Notes: generated by a model from the sequence alone, not told the origin. Counted from the first letter of the whole stretch, positions 24,786 to 38,266 are shown. The stretch is DNA of 63,819 nucleotides, filler included, from Circinaria calcarea (GCA_051942165.1; 5 parts of 5 records of this genome joined end to end with filler, not necessarily neighbours in it), one strand, 5' to 3'. Numbers and translations: made by a program.

Positions 24786-25489
24786 TCACGAATTTTTAAC
24801 GACTCCGACCTTGGCAGCCTGTATCCGTATGGTCAGTATTACACTAGCCTAAGACTTACCACAGCTGAAAAGCTTCATCGAACTTACCCGTATCACCCGC
24901 CCATTCAGTATAAATCCCTTCTGCTGGGTATGAAAAACCGTACCATCCTCCTTGCCCTCCACCTTCGTTTGAAAAGTCGCCTCATGTAAATTCGGATCGA
25001 ACTTCTCCCCCTTTTCGCTCGGATCGAACCTCTCTAGCCCATGCTTTTTAAGCGTCTCCGTCAAGATTTGCTCCGTCATTTTCAGCCCATTGAATAGATT
25101 CACCAGGTCCTGATTGTTGTCGTTCTCTGTGAGCTTCTTGGCGGGTACCGTAGAGAGGGCACGGTCGAAATTGTCCACGCTGTCAATCAGATCTTTGGCG
25201 AAGCGGGAGATGGCAAAATCTCTAGCCGACTGTATCTCGCGCTTGGTGCGGTCTTGGAGGTTGCGGAACTCGGCGACGGAGCGAAGGTATTTGTCCTGCG
25301 TGGAGAACACTGTAAGAGGGATGGTTCTGAAAGGGGAGAAGTCTGATAAAGAGTGGCGCGCGGACCTTGAGGTTGATGATTTCCTTATCTTTAGCTTCTA
25401 CCTCTTTCTTATGCGGGTCCTCCGCTTCCGGTTCTCCCGGCTGATTGGTCTCCGCCGATGAAGCTTCGCCGTCTATATCTGACTTGGGC
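24786..25489 (-). CDS. MGE1: Mitochondrial GrpE nucleotide-exchange factor, 5'-truncated
   Basis: Motifs KYLRSVAEFRNL, FAKDLIDSVDNFDRAL, FDPNLHEA and GFILNGRVIR|AAKVGVVKNS*, across two introns. Confidence 0.95.
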
Positions 25490-25589
25490 NNNNNNNNNNN
25501 NNNNNNNNNNNNNNNNNNNNNNNNNNNNNNNNNTTAATTAATTAANNNNNNNNNNNNNNNNNNNNNNNNNNNNNNNNNNNNNNNNNNNN
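25490..25589. other. Artificial contig spacer
   Basis: 44 N + TTAATTAATTAA + 44 N. Confidence 0.98.
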
Positions 25590-28500
25590 CTGGGATCGGT
25601 ATTAAATTGGTTTACAATGTTTTGTCTCTTATTTGCTTCAACACCGCCATCCAGACGGAGATATTGCACAGATGGGAGGAGCTTTTTCAACACATCGTTC
25701 TGGACAATATCCAGCATCTCTTTCATCTGACAGAATATCAAGGCGCGATGTTGACTGACGTAATTGGTTTCCGTAGTCAACTCGGCGTCCGCTGGATTGT
25801 CAATGCCAATGCCGCAATCTACCAAAAGATCCCGAAGGGCAGCAAGTTTGGGAGCATGAGTTATGTCTTTTAAGCTCGAGTTCTGTGTAGCAAGCTTCCT
25901 TTGGATTATATCGTATTGCTTGTGGCCCTCCTTGACGACCAGTGCAGGGGAATTGCATAGTTTGCGCATATACTGCAGAGCTTGGAAAATGTGCTGCTTG
26001 GATTCCTTGTCATCACTGCCTGCCTTATCTGCCAGTGTCTTGCTTTCCTTTTTGGCAAAGTCCTCGAAGAGCTTCTTTTGTAATTCGCTAAGATCGCAAT
26101 AATAGTTTTGTAATATCTTCGGTGGCAGATCATCAAGTACTTCTTCCTTGAGACGTCGGAGCAAAAACGGCAGCACCTGCTTGTGAAGACTTTCAATGGC
26201 AAGAGCACCCTTTTCCTGTTCCTTCGATGAGGACTTGGCATATCGACTGGCCGCAATCGGCTTGGCGAATCGTTCCTGAAAAAGCTTCTCCGTACCTAAG
26301 AATCCAGGCATCAGAAAGTCAAACAACGACCACAATTCAAGTACGTTGTTCTGGATGGGAGTTCCAGAAAGAATCAGGCGGTGATTGCTCGGTATTCGTT
26401 TGACGGAGATGGTAGTTTTCGCTCTCGGGTTCTTGATCAAATGCCCTTCGTCCAGTACACAATAATTCCAGTTGAGTGGTGCAAGGATCTCAATGTCATT
26501 CCTACACACATCATAGGAAGTTATGACAACGTCTGCTTTATCGAGCTTGGCGCGTAATTTACTTCGGTCGGAGGGTGGACCAACATAAGCGACGGAGGTT
26601 AGGAACGGAGCATATGTTTTGATTTCTTGCTGCCAGTGACCGGATAAAGTAGGCGGACAGACTATCAGGGAGGGAAGCCGTCGAACATCTGGTGCTTTCG
26701 TTTTCGAATACTCCAAAGCCCTCATATGGTGGTCACTTGCCACGATGCACAGAGTCTGTAGGGTTTTGCCGAGACCCATGTCATCACACAACACCCCATG
26801 GAGATTGAAACGGTTCAGGAAGGCCAGCCAGTTTACACCCTCCTGTTGATAGGATCGAAGTTCTGCTTTGATGGCGACAGGAATCTCGAATGGCTCGGTC
26901 TTTTTTGGATCGAGCATTTGTGCCACGAATTTGCGTTCCTTGTCGCGCCCTCTTAGTAGTTCCGGTGAAAATCCTGGCGGATCAGGTATTCCTGCTTCGA
27001 GTGGTACTAGCTTGACGAGCGTTGCAAACGTCGTCGTGGCTATAAGCCTAACGTCGCTATCGGAATCACTCATTCTTCCAAGGATTGGGACGATTAGAAA
27101 CACAACATAGGGTAGAATGTTATCTTCCATAACGTGGATCAAGTGGTAGACACATTCGATTGCTCCTTGTCGGCAGGGTAGATCAAGCGGGTTGTTGATA
27201 GCAGGGAGTACTCTTTCAACAAGCATGGTCATTCCTTTAACCGTCATCACGCTGCAGATAGTAGCAAAGCACTTGGCTGCAGCGTAACGGAACACAGAGT
27301 ACTTGCAACTTAATGCTCTGAGTATCATCGGCATCGTATCGTCAACGGAGGAGTACAGGTCTGGATGTAGATTTGGTACCAAGGCGCGCAGGATCGAGAA
27401 AGCATCGACGACATCTTGGCCCAAGTCGTTGCCCTCATCTTCCAAATCCGACGGTAATTCGCCTGTGAAAGCTTTTTGGAGAGGTTCCTCGATCTTGGAC
27501 TTGACCGTGGGAGCGTTAACGAATAGATCATGGCTAAACATACGGTTTAGCTGATCCAACGCCTCTTTGGCACCTCGCCTTGTAATCCGCGCTGCTCTAG
27601 CTTCCGCTTCGAACAGAGCAGCATCAGGATGCTCTCTTCGATCCTCCTCTTTCCGTAACGACAGTATGGCTTCTTTAAAGGATGCATTGGGCGTGAATTC
27701 GGGGGTTTCCGAGGTGTCAATGCAATAAAACTTGAGCAGGTTACCGATAATCTTATCGGCAGGGCCACGGCGTGGAGTGGTTGAATAATGTCTCATCAAG
27801 GAAGCAATAGCCATGGCGGAGCGGTTCTGCAGGTCGACATTCTCTTCCGTCTTGATACTATCCATCAAGCCTTTGACAACATAACTTGGTTTCTTTGGAA
27901 TATCAAGTAACGCAACCATTGCTCCCGATGTGGCCGATCTTATCCGCGTATCCCTCTCAAGTTTGACTTTCTTAGCTTGTTCGATCGCTTTCACAGCATT
28001 CACTCGAGCCTCATTCAAGAAGGTCAAAGACGTGACACGTTGCGTTGGCGTCAAGGATTTTCTCAAACGATCAAAATCCGGACCGACGATACTATCAGCA
28101 TTGGAAATGCAAAAGGCAGATGGTCCAGCTCCAGGCTCTCCCTGCACAATCACTGCTATGCTAGGGAGCTTCGCCTGCGATACGTGTCCATGATCCCGGA
28201 ACGCGTTCAAAAGAGAATGGCATTGTGCTCTTGCTATTTGAAGGAAACTAATGAGATCCGAATAACTTTCGGGACGCTCAAGCTCTACCATAGAGTGGAG
28301 ATTGTCCATGATACTGGATGATAAGTGGGGCGGATCTGTCGAGGAACGAGCTTGTTCTTCTATAATCATGGCAGCTGTCATCTGTGTTGTCGAGAAAGCC
28401 GAGGATAAGGCCGATGCGATATGTTCCATAAGACCATCGCCGGCATTCCTAGCAAGACAAATGTCCAGAGCTTTACCAAATGCCTTGGCCGCATATATTC

Positions 28501-30945
28501 TGGATCGAATGAGAGTTTCAGCTCCCACAAGATCCACATCACCCTGCAGCATATGCCCATCTACGTTATGCGTCGTTGGAGCTGGTTCTTCTTTCTTTTC
28601 TGAACGCCTCCTGCGTTTTGTTGGAGGCTCACCTAGCCTCTGTGGAGACGCCTTTCGGACAGTAGGATTAGGCGCGACAGACATTTGACCCGAAGGTCTC
28701 ATGATTAATGCGATGTCGATCGGGATGGGATAGCGAGAGACACCGATAGGATGAAGTGCCAACTCCAGGAGGTCTCCTGAATGTGGAAGAAATTCAGAAG
28801 GGAAGTGATCTTCATGGTTGAGAAAGTCTGACAAAGTATACCAGACCTCAAGAGAGAGGTCTAAAGTAGTTTCGTTCCGCTCTACGAGGAGGTTTTGGAA
28901 TATCAACCGAAGTATCCGTCCGTCAATCCAGCCCTTCGTCTCTGCACTCTCGATACGCAAAAATGTCTGTAGAGCCCGCAATACGGCGGATCGCACACTG
29001 GTAATGGTATGCCGTAAAAAGGGGTAAAGCCTAGGAACCAAATGTGTGAAGGAGTGCTGTGGATCTTGGCGCGCATTGCTCATCATGACCTCGAGGACCT
29101 GTGGAAAGCTGCAGAGCTTAGCAAGTAGGTCCATCACATGCCCAGTACTGGCACTTAGATCGTCGCGGAGGTCCGATAAGCAGTCCCATACAATTTTCAT
29201 GAGCGTATGGAGTGAGCTGGGCCGTAATAGCACAAAGTCCTCGGCAATAGGGATCAGCGTTGCTGCACTAACTGCACGAACATCATCGTCGTAATCCGCT
29301 AGACCTTTCATCACAGCTTCTACCACCCCATCCATCAAGTGATCCCCTGACCTGAGGCGATCGTTTCGAATCGCAACAAGGTACTTGAGCCCGATCATAC
29401 CACCATGACAGACCTCCCATATACGACCAGGAAGGCCGAGAGTATCTTGTAAGACCATGCGATGCAGGACGCGATAGACGGAGCCTACCAACCAAGGAGG
29501 CATGTGCACGAGTAGAGTTCCCAACGCCTGTCCCACCGTCTCTCTAATCGGTGCAACGACGTTATCGGAAACATAGTCCCCAAAGCGATCGAGCATCAAC
29601 ACACAGCAGTAGCGACAGGCTAAATCATCAAGCCATATGCTGTTCAGTTCGTCGTTCACGTCCCTGGCCTTGCCGTACTCTCGTCCAGCACCCGAGCCGT
29701 GCACTCGAATGACCTCGCGCAAACCCATGGCAGCACCATGACGGATCTCCCAGTTATGGTCAAACAAGTCAACTGCAAGGATGTCGCATAGCCTCTCAAA
29801 TGGCCATTCAAGCCCCTTCTCTTCAGCTTCAGTCTGAATGGTAGATTTCTCCGGTATCGCCAATCCCTTAAACTCGGAAACGACTTTACTATCATCATCA
29901 GTGGCAGTACGGTCCAAGGAAAACAGCTCGGATCGCGCATCAACGTTGCCCTCACGTTTAATATCCGACTTGATCGACGATGGATCAGCCGTTAAGGGTG
30001 TTTGCGGCGTATCACTGTTCTGCCGGTGGGCGGCGAGATCGACGACACGCACCTTGCCAGCTTGATTCCTAGCATTGAGCTTATTTTTTCGCTTCAGTTG
30101 ATTCAGCTGTCGTTTACTCAAGCCGGATTCCTCCGTTGACTGCAGAGGGAATGAACCACAGGGCGACTCAGCTACCATAGGTAAAGGTGATTGGATGCTG
30201 TTGTGGCGAGTAAAGCTACTCGAATTGGTATCAACCCTTGGCAGTCCCGGCGAATAAAACGATCCATTCTGCGGTGTTTGGAGGATGTCCTTTTCATTGA
30301 GAATGTCTTCCTCGATGTACTCGCCTCCAAGCCCTAGACGGGCGGACAAGCTCTTCTTCTGTAGCGCAAGCCTGGCAGCAGGATCAAGCGATGCCAAAGC
30401 GTAGTCGTACTCTTTGCCGGCGCTCCCCAGTAGTTTCTTGCCAAACTTCAAGATGGAAGCGATATCCAAGGTGTCGAGCTGGAGTTGGTCCTCCGTCGGC
30501 AACGGCTTCTGGGAAGCGTCACCGTTCTCCGGCTTCACATGGTTTTTTCCTTTGGTCTCGTAGTCACCTTCGTTCGGATCGAATCTTGGAGCGTTGTCGA
30601 CGATGCCTCCGATCGCCTTGGCGGCAGCAACACGGGTATCCCATTTCGACGACCTGAGAAAGGGGATCACCCGGGTGAGAAGATTGAACAGCTCATCCGG
30701 ATGCTGTTTCTGGACATCGGCAAGCTGCTGCGCGGCGGTGTTCCGGATGAGGTTCGTGCTACCGGTCTCGAGAAGTCTGTGAGCCTCGACATTAGCAGTC
30801 GGCACGTGCAAAAGCGACAGGGCCAGGCCCAGGGTTCCTACGTGACTAAGCGATCAAGCCTAAATTGTCGCACGTGACGTTAGCCCGTTTTCACGTTTCG
30901 GGAGATTATTGGGATTAAGCGAAAGCCGACTTACCTCGAAGTCAT
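25590..30945 (-). CDS. MOT1: TBP-associated SNF2 ATPase Mot1/BTAF1, 3'-truncated
   Basis: Spliced N-terminus MTSRLDRLVTLLETGST (exons 30945-30935, 30859-30842, then from 30776). Motifs DRFGDYVSD.VVAPIRET, LCDDMGLGKTLQ, LDEGH and LSGTPIQNN. Confidence 0.97.
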
Positions 30946-32596
30946 AGCTCCTTAAAGGGCGTTTGTTTGGATCATCGGTTCATGGCCGCGCAATCCGGGG
31001 TAAGCAAAAGGGAGGGAGCCGCGAAAGGTGAAGTGTCGCAGCGAAATGAAAGAGATGGAAGACTACTCGGCAACATGAGTCATCTGGAAGAAGAGAGTTT
31101 TCGATACTTTATCACTCATCATGCGCAAACGCACCAAAAGGGTTCAAAAGTATGGGTGAGCGAAAGAGGAAAGTTTGGCAAAAGGCGGCAATGGTGGGAT
31201 GACCTTTTTGTCCCCTTTTTGACGAAATCTGGGCGAGCGGCGAGCGGGCGAGCGTAAAGATCGTCGAGGAAGGTTCGGGCTTATATGTATGCCGCTGGCC
31301 CAAAGTGGCTCGTGAGATTAGCCGCCCTCTTCGGGTTTAGCGTCCTGTAGCGGGAACGGGTTGGCAGGGATCATCTGGACAACATCGCAACTCTACTGTG
31401 GTGGCAGGCATAATAGATGTTAGCGTGGTCCTTTGCAATAATCATTTAGGGCCCAATTGACAGTTTGATTTCATATAGGAAGCTGGAATATACACCGGAG
31501 GACACCCTCCATATTACAGCTCTTTATGCTAAGAATTTATACAGCCTTTGCTGAGCGTACCGGGGTTGGTCGAGACTCGCGCTAACATCTATTATGCCTG
31601 CGACCGCAGTAATTCCAGAATAAAATTCTGCCTTGTGGAAAAGACTTCATCTCCATGGAAGCGGTGATGTGAACGCTACCCTACGCCAAATCTCCGGGGG
31701 AAATCTTCAGGTCGTCTTCAGCCAAGACGCTTTCTATTCTACTCTAATCCAGTATATTCTCTCTGGGTCCTTGACCATCCCTCCATAGAGCACCCCAAGT
31801 ATGCCTTGAACAGGTGGCAAAAATGATAATATTGCTAGCGCCGCCCAACTGGCATTTTCCAGTAACTCTCGCTTAACGACACCAGAGTAATGAAAGGGAA
31901 GCCCGTACAGCTCTTTGCTTCGTACGAGGAACAACGTAGAACCGAACTTCGCCTGTATTCCCGTGAATTATATGTTGGGATATATGGTCCTGTACGGCAT
32001 AGAATATCAGTGTTCACTCCAGCAGATGCTGCGGGGGACAATCACTCACTCTATCCCTCGTACGAAAGACATCTCGGTATCGTGTATCCCATTCTCGAGG
32101 TCTCCCAATGTTGAAAAGGGTCTTCAGAGAGAGCTCAATCAGGCGGCCGACTTCCCGGAGCTCATCATAGTCTACCTCAGTTGCTAGCCACTTCCCCACT
32201 TGCACCCCCTCTTCGCGCCCTACTCGCCACTAACCAATATCGCATAAGATATCCACTCGTGCAGGAGGAAGACTACCTTGATTAAGACCGTGCTTGCAAT
32301 CCGGACCGTCCAAAAGAGAAATCAACAGTCCTCTCTGCCATCATTCAGTCCAGTCCATGCCTCGAACTAGACGGTCCGAGCCGGTCCGAGCATCATCATG
32401 ACTGCCCTTTTCCTGTGCCATGCAAATCAGGCTTCTCGATGGTCATTCTCCAGATACCTGCTAGCGAGTTCGAGCAGAATGATAAGGATGAATCTCGTAA
32501 CTTCCTTCCTCGGCGGCTCTCCTCATTTCCGCAACTGCACTTATCTCAGCTTTGATACAGAAGTAATGGGATAAGTGCAATCGAGCACGTTTTGCC

Positions 32597-34227
32597 TCAT
32601 CTATACTTCTCGTCCCATTGCAGCCTAAGCTTCATGGTACGTCTGGAAGACAACCCAATTTGAGTGATTTTCCCAACTTCGACACCGGAGGTGCAATACT
32701 TGATAGGATCCAATCTGCTAATGGCATCTTCCAGCTCCTTCTCCGAGTGTGCACCATGATCTGGTCCGAGATGCTCTCGTAATGATTCTGATATGTCAAG
32801 GATTGTCCTCCACTTTCCCATTGTCCTACGCTTTCGACATATTTGGGAGTTGTGCTCAGCATCTCTGCTTAAAGTTAGACACCAGAGTAGAACAATAAGC
32901 GACAGAGAACTTACACCCAGACTATCCAAAGGCATAGTAGCCAAATAGTACTTATTGAAACTACCAGATGAACCCATGCTGCGGAAAACCCCCATTGATA
33001 AACGTTAGGAATGCTAACGCATACGTAGTTCCTCTGGTCCGACATGTAGAACTTTCTGCTATCGAACACCATTGCATTGTACTTATCTCTCACTAAACGA
33101 CGGTGCGCGCGACTGGCGTTGGTCTGGGTATAGGTATATGGATCTGGTAACACCTCATACTCAGCCACTACCGAAGTATTATAGTATTTATTCCAACTAA
33201 GATCCAAGGTCTCATCGAACCAATGATAAGTATAAAGTGTATGATAATTGTAAATGGTAGCAGCAAAATAGTTGTTGGTATAATTGAGGCTGCTATCCTG
33301 GTAACCGTAAGACTCTACTTCATTAATAAACTCCGTCGTTATCTTGATAGATTCATTACCTGGTAGAACTAGTGCTGTTTGAATAAAAGAATCATACCCA
33401 GTCATTATATCAAAGAGGGCGGGCAAGGCTGCCAAGTAGATTGTGGTAAGGAATAGCCAGGTCATCATCAATCTAGGCCTCCAACCTGGGCATCTAAGAA
33501 ACCCTCGTATAAGCTGTAATAATGTATCTATCTTTGTCGAGTAAAGGGCCAAGGTCGTGAAGGTCTCGTAAGAAACATAGTGTATCTCTGCCACTCTTAA
33601 GATCGCTTCGAGAGAGACACGATAAGTTAAATATGCAAAGAGGGCGGTGAAACCTCTGCCAGCTACCCAATTGAAGGCAAGATCAGCCATCTTTGCCTGA
33701 GAGTAGGATAGTTGACCGAAGGCGACATCAATGCCTGTCCAAATCCAAGCCCCATGGTTCAAGTATCCTCTCTCTTGCTCTTGACAGGAGTATAAAGGTA
33801 TATCCCAGTGACCAACGGTCAGAGTATGGGGTATTTCGATGCTGTATCTTCGGAGAAGTGTCACCGGTACTGCCACCATGAGGCAAATAAAGAGTGATTG
33901 GCCCCAAAAGATAGCCAAGTGCTTTAGTAGTCGCATGCACCTCCGGGAATACAGACCACGGTCTCTACTGAAAGGTTTGGGCGATAGATGGTGCTTGGTG
34001 CTTGTAGGCGGTGCTCTTTCAACGAGGACGGTGCCCGATGACGATGTGAAGCAAAGACCGCCTTCGTCCGAGGGCAGGTGCTCAACATTGCGTTGCTGCG
34101 AAGGCTCGGATATGTTTGGCCGACCCTCAAGTTCGATGAGGGGTACACCTTCATAGCTGTTCTTCGTTGACGTAGAGCTTGGTCCATCTAAAAAGCGAAT
34201 TGGCTTCGGCTTCGAAGGCACAGACAT
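32597..34227 (-). CDS. Fungal multi-pass membrane protein of unknown function
   Basis: Long ORF with several hydrophobic segments and a G.LSYSQAK..DLAFNW..GRG motif. Intron 32865-32914 joins it to the final exon (VDAEHNSQ...). Start placed at MSVPSK; an upstream ATG at 34434 is also in frame. Confidence 0.7.
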
Positions 34228-35463
34228 AATCGTAAGTAGTGACTTGGTCGGTATGCCGGTTATATTGGCCTTTCGTGGAGTAGATTGTACGGTAGAAAGA
34301 TGGAAAGATGACCCAGTGCGTCCGAGCTCTGGATGATACCAGAGCCATTCTTTATACAGACATCCTCTTGCATATAGAACCGCCTCTCCGTGGCTGCGCC
34401 TCACGAATATCGGTAAAATCCCACCTTCAGGCAACCATGGAGATCGGGCGGTTAGACGTCGGATCAGTGGTATTAAGAGAACAAATCAAGCAGCGCCTGG
34501 TAATGTAACATTTCTCGAAGACGCAGGAAGTTATGATGTCTTTGCTCATCAAGGACATTGTAAAGAACTTACTACTGCGCTTTCATACCTCAGGTAGTGA
34601 AGTATCCCGAGTAATGGGGCAGTTGAGTCAAGTCTCGTCGCAGTATTCGCTTGTTGAAGCATCTCGCTGAAGCCTTGGGTGACCTAATCAGGAGGCTGGT
34701 GCAAGTGAGACATCAGGATCATCTCTACAAAGTAAATCGAGGCGGATGAGCAGATGTCGTCTGCCGAAAACATTATGATACTGGAGGACCCCTCACACAC
34801 ATATCACAGCTGGTCGATTCATACAAGACCTTGATGTATAGAGATCTTATTGAAGACTTGTGCTATAGGTAGTGGGAACGGAACATCTCCCATATACCGA
34901 TTGTAATATTCGAGGGTCGCCGCAAGTGTTCTTCAGCCGCAAGACTTTTGCAAACCGGCCTCGAATGGTTAGCAAATAATGGGGGGAGGATTTCAAATCT
35001 GAATAGAAATGGTTCGTGCAGTAGTACCAACGCTCGGATCATGGTCATCACCAAACTGTGCGACTACTTTCAATTCTAAACAATGATTCATTTCGTGCAA
35101 TCATTTAACCAGAATCACCAAGTCGCGTGCTTTGGTTGAACTATCTTACATGAATGGTGCGGACGCAACAGCGGCAATGCATGTCGAAGCTGCATTGTCA
35201 CCTGAAACGAGGCAGCACCCTCCTCATTATTTCCAAATCAACTCCTGAATTTTTTTCTCCAATCCATCATTGGTACAAGTATTCACGTCACCTCCAACGC
35301 CGCTCACGAGGTCCCTTGTGAGCAGGTTTCAACAGGCCAAAGCAAATTTGTCAGCCCTCCATGCACATCATTACAGCGTGTATCTTCCGAAAATTGGACT
35401 GTGGTGAACTGATGCCAAGCACGTTCGTGCTCCCCAGCGATAGCAACGCAGGCCTGATAAAGT

Positions 35464-37539
35464 TCAACGCCTGTCTTTCGGTCTGGCCAGCATGTTCAGT
35501 CGACTGAAACTAAGCTTCCCCTTTCCCCTATCTCTAGTATTCCCTAGCCTTGCAATCTGACCACCTGACCCAAACGCTGTTTTCTTCCCATCATCGGTCT
35601 GAACACGTCCTGTGGCTGTATTGTTTTTCTGCTTCTTCGCCCTAGGCCCTTCCTCATTATCGAGATCTACTCCTGGCTCCAAGTTTTCGACGTCCTCCTC
35701 ATCGTGCTCAGGACGACGTCGCTTCTTGTTCGGCATCCCATGCGGGATAGTGGGAAGATTCTCGAAGCTTGCGAGCGGAGTGGACACACCACTGGGACGA
35801 ACTTGGCGGATGGTTGGACTTCGGACACCTGACGTAGCGGGACCGCACTCAATGGTCTTCGTGGAACGGAACGTGAAATCGCCTAGTTGGGTGGTGTACG
35901 ATGGAAGTGAGGCTGCCTGGGCAAGCAAAGGATATGTCACCTGGTCTGGCGACATAGGATTGTTTGAGTTTTCATATTGGAGGTGTAGAGCTGGGATCTT
36001 GGATGGCGAGGGAGATGCTGCTGTAAGGTCGTATCTCAATTTGGTGTTTGGCGTAAAGGCCACACGTTTCATACTTGGTGAATGGCAAAGTCCGGCGATA
36101 GGTGTACCTGGAAGGCTTGGTAGCTCTTTCTCAAGGTTTATTTTACCCTTCGGTGTTGGTATGTGGGTACCGGCAGCAACCTTCACAGGATCGTCTGAAA
36201 ATTTCGGCTGAGGCTTGTGGAGGATTGACTTCATACTTCCAAGCCTCGAGAGGGACGAAACATGCTTGTTGTTTGCCTCGGTTTTGGATCCAGCTGATTC
36301 TGTGAGATCCTTGGTAGACTTCGAGCGGCTTAGTGAGGGTATCTTTGACGAATGCGCAAGATCTCTCGTCGACTTAGAGTGGCCAAGAGAAGGTATCTTT
36401 GATGGTTGCGCTTGTTTGATACTTGCAGCCCGAGCGAGAGAAGCCTTGGTCGGTGTAGTCATGACAGACGGCATGCCTGAATTTGATCGAGGAAGGCCTA
36501 GAGCAGCTGCCCTGCTCTTAATTTCAGAGTCGCCATCTTGAGAAACAGGTCGAGCAGCTGACGTATCGTCCCGATAAAACTGCTTTATGCGCTTAGCGGG
36601 TGCTGTATTCTCCATTCGGTCATGATCTTGAGGCCCAAAACCAGGTTTAGCATGGGCTTTCGTACTCGGCTGGGAATGCGTTTGTTCAAGCTCATCGAAC
36701 CCAGCTTTAGACTTGCTTCTCTTGAGATAAGGTTGCGTATTCCCCTGATACTTATTCTTCCATGTCGAGACATGTCCGGCGATGGAATCCATCTTCTTGA
36801 ACTCCTCCATGTGGATATCGCTATATCTTCCAGCTTTTCCCTTTGCTTTTGCAATCTTTCGGCCCCCGGCCCCAAAAAGCTGGTCGGTTTCGCCGTCCCT
36901 ACGAGCCTGCTCGGCCTTCTCTTCTTGCATCTTTGCCTTGATACGCGCAGCATCTTCACGAACACTTTCCATAATTTTCTGAGCCTCTGGGCTTAGAATC
37001 GACTCCGGACGACTCCATTTGAAGTCAAAGTCAGGCAAGGCTTTAGTTGGTGTAGCGGAATGAATTGCCCTCATTGTCCGTTTTGAAGGCGACGACGCAA
37101 CGGGATCGTTAACGTCTGTAAATCCAAGCCGCAAGCCGGAATCGGGTTGCTTAGCTGTACTTTGCTGCACTTTACTGGGATGCATTTCTTCTAGAGGAGG
37201 CTGAATTCGAGCTGCAGTTTCGGGGGTTCGTATGATGGTGTTGGGAGGGGCGAGTGGAGATGGGGGGAGAGATTGGTTGCTCGACTCAACTCGAGGGGAT
37301 TCATTTCGTTCGAGGAGTGACGATAGCTTGTTTGCTGCATAAGTAGCTAAAGAGCGTACCTGCAGGTAAGACAACATCAGCACTCGTTCGGGATCGGTAG
37401 AGATACCCGTGGATATTTCACAGACAAACGGGAATGTCTTGAGATGCTCTTTGGTTTCCGGAATTGTTTGTTTACTTGTACTTACTGGAGTCGCATTGCC
37501 CCTCATCAATCGCGAGGACCGTCGGCGAGGGGTTGCCAT
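35464..37539 (-). CDS. Basic S/P/K-rich protein with a NuSAP-like motif
   Basis: ORF of ~690 aa with many SP/TP sites, a coiled coil, GRYSDIHMEEFKKMDSIAGH, an NLS (PNKKRRR) and a C-terminal SRLNMLARPK. Probable in-frame intron starting at ~37485. Confidence 0.7.
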   Translation of the reverse strand: MATPRRRSSRLMRGNATPVSTSKQTIPETKEHLKTFPFVCEISTGISTDPERVLMLSYLQVRSLATYAANKLSSLLERNESPRVESSNQSLPPSPLAPPNTIIRTPETAARIQPPLEEMHPSKVQQSTAKQPDSGLRLGFTDVNDPVASSPSKRTMRAIHSATPTKALPDFDFKWSRPESILSPEAQKIMESVREDAARIKAKMQEEKAEQARRDGETDQLFGAGGRKIAKAKGKAGRYSDIHMEEFKKMDSIAGHVSTWKNKYQGNTQPYLKRSKSKAGFDELEQTHSQPSTKAHAKPGFGPQDHDRMENTAPAKRIKQFYRDDTSAARPVSQDGDSEIKSRAAALGLPRSNSGMPSVMTTPTKASLARAASIKQAQPSKIPSLGHSKSTRDLAHSSKIPSLSRSKSTKDLTESAGSKTEANNKHVSSLSRLGSMKSILHKPQPKFSDDPVKVAAGTHIPTPKGKINLEKELPSLPGTPIAGLCHSPSMKRVAFTPNTKLRYDLTAASPSPSKIPALHLQYENSNNPMSPDQVTYPLLAQAASLPSYTTQLGDFTFRSTKTIECGPATSGVRSPTIRQVRPSGVSTPLASFENLPTIPHGMPNKKRRRPEHDEEDVENLEPGVDLDNEEGPRAKKQKNNTATGRVQTDDGKKTAFGSGGQIARLGNTRDRGKGKLSFSRLNMLARPKDRR

Positions 37540-38092
37540 CTGTAGTTTCACTCTGGACCTTTTAGAATTGAGTTTTCTCGAGCTTGATGATTCAATCCTT
37601 GAGAGGACTGCGAAACTGGTACGTATTCAAACACACATCGGACGTTGATTGGGACTTGGGTCTTGGTGTTTGTTTACCACGGAGTTACTTTTCGGCCATC
37701 TTTCTGCAACGTGCATTAGCGCCCGGTGAATGGTGAATGATGGCGGAGATCGGTCAAAGTAAGAGGCCGCGAGTCCCACGGATTGATAATGACGTTACTT
37801 CGTAAAGCGGCACGGATGATGAAGGTTCCGAGGTTTTGCCGACATACATTTATACTCCGGACTCTGTCGAACGTTATAGAATGGATGTCGGCAAAACGTC
37901 GGAACCTTCGTCATCCGTGCCGTAGTAAGCACTCCGTACTCCGTAGGCATTGATATAGGGCCTCGAGATCTATGATTACTTTCCATCAACAATACATTGA
38001 CCTTGACAAACAAAAGACGCCTACGCACTCCATTAACCATCGTTATCAATCCAAGTGCTACTTTTTAGCTTCGTACTCCGTAGGTAGTAACC

Positions 38093-38266
38093 ATGAGCGC
38101 GACACTCGGACTCGGAGTGCCGGTCCCGAAGATGCTTCGTACGCGGGTCCCCAGATGAAAGCTCCCATTTGCTCCAGATCCTCACTAAACATGTCACTCC
38201 AGCAATACTTGGCACCTGGGCCCTTCCCTTCACCGCCTACTACATGTTCCTCTCCGGCCGCATCGT
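38093..38266 (+). CDS. MAPEG-family membrane protein, N-terminal fragment
   Basis: Splicing 38139-38202 (gtacgc...ccag) gives MSATLGLGVPVPKMLPILGTWALPFTAYYMFLSGRIV, which resembles fungal MAPEG N-termini. Cut by the gap. Confidence 0.6.
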
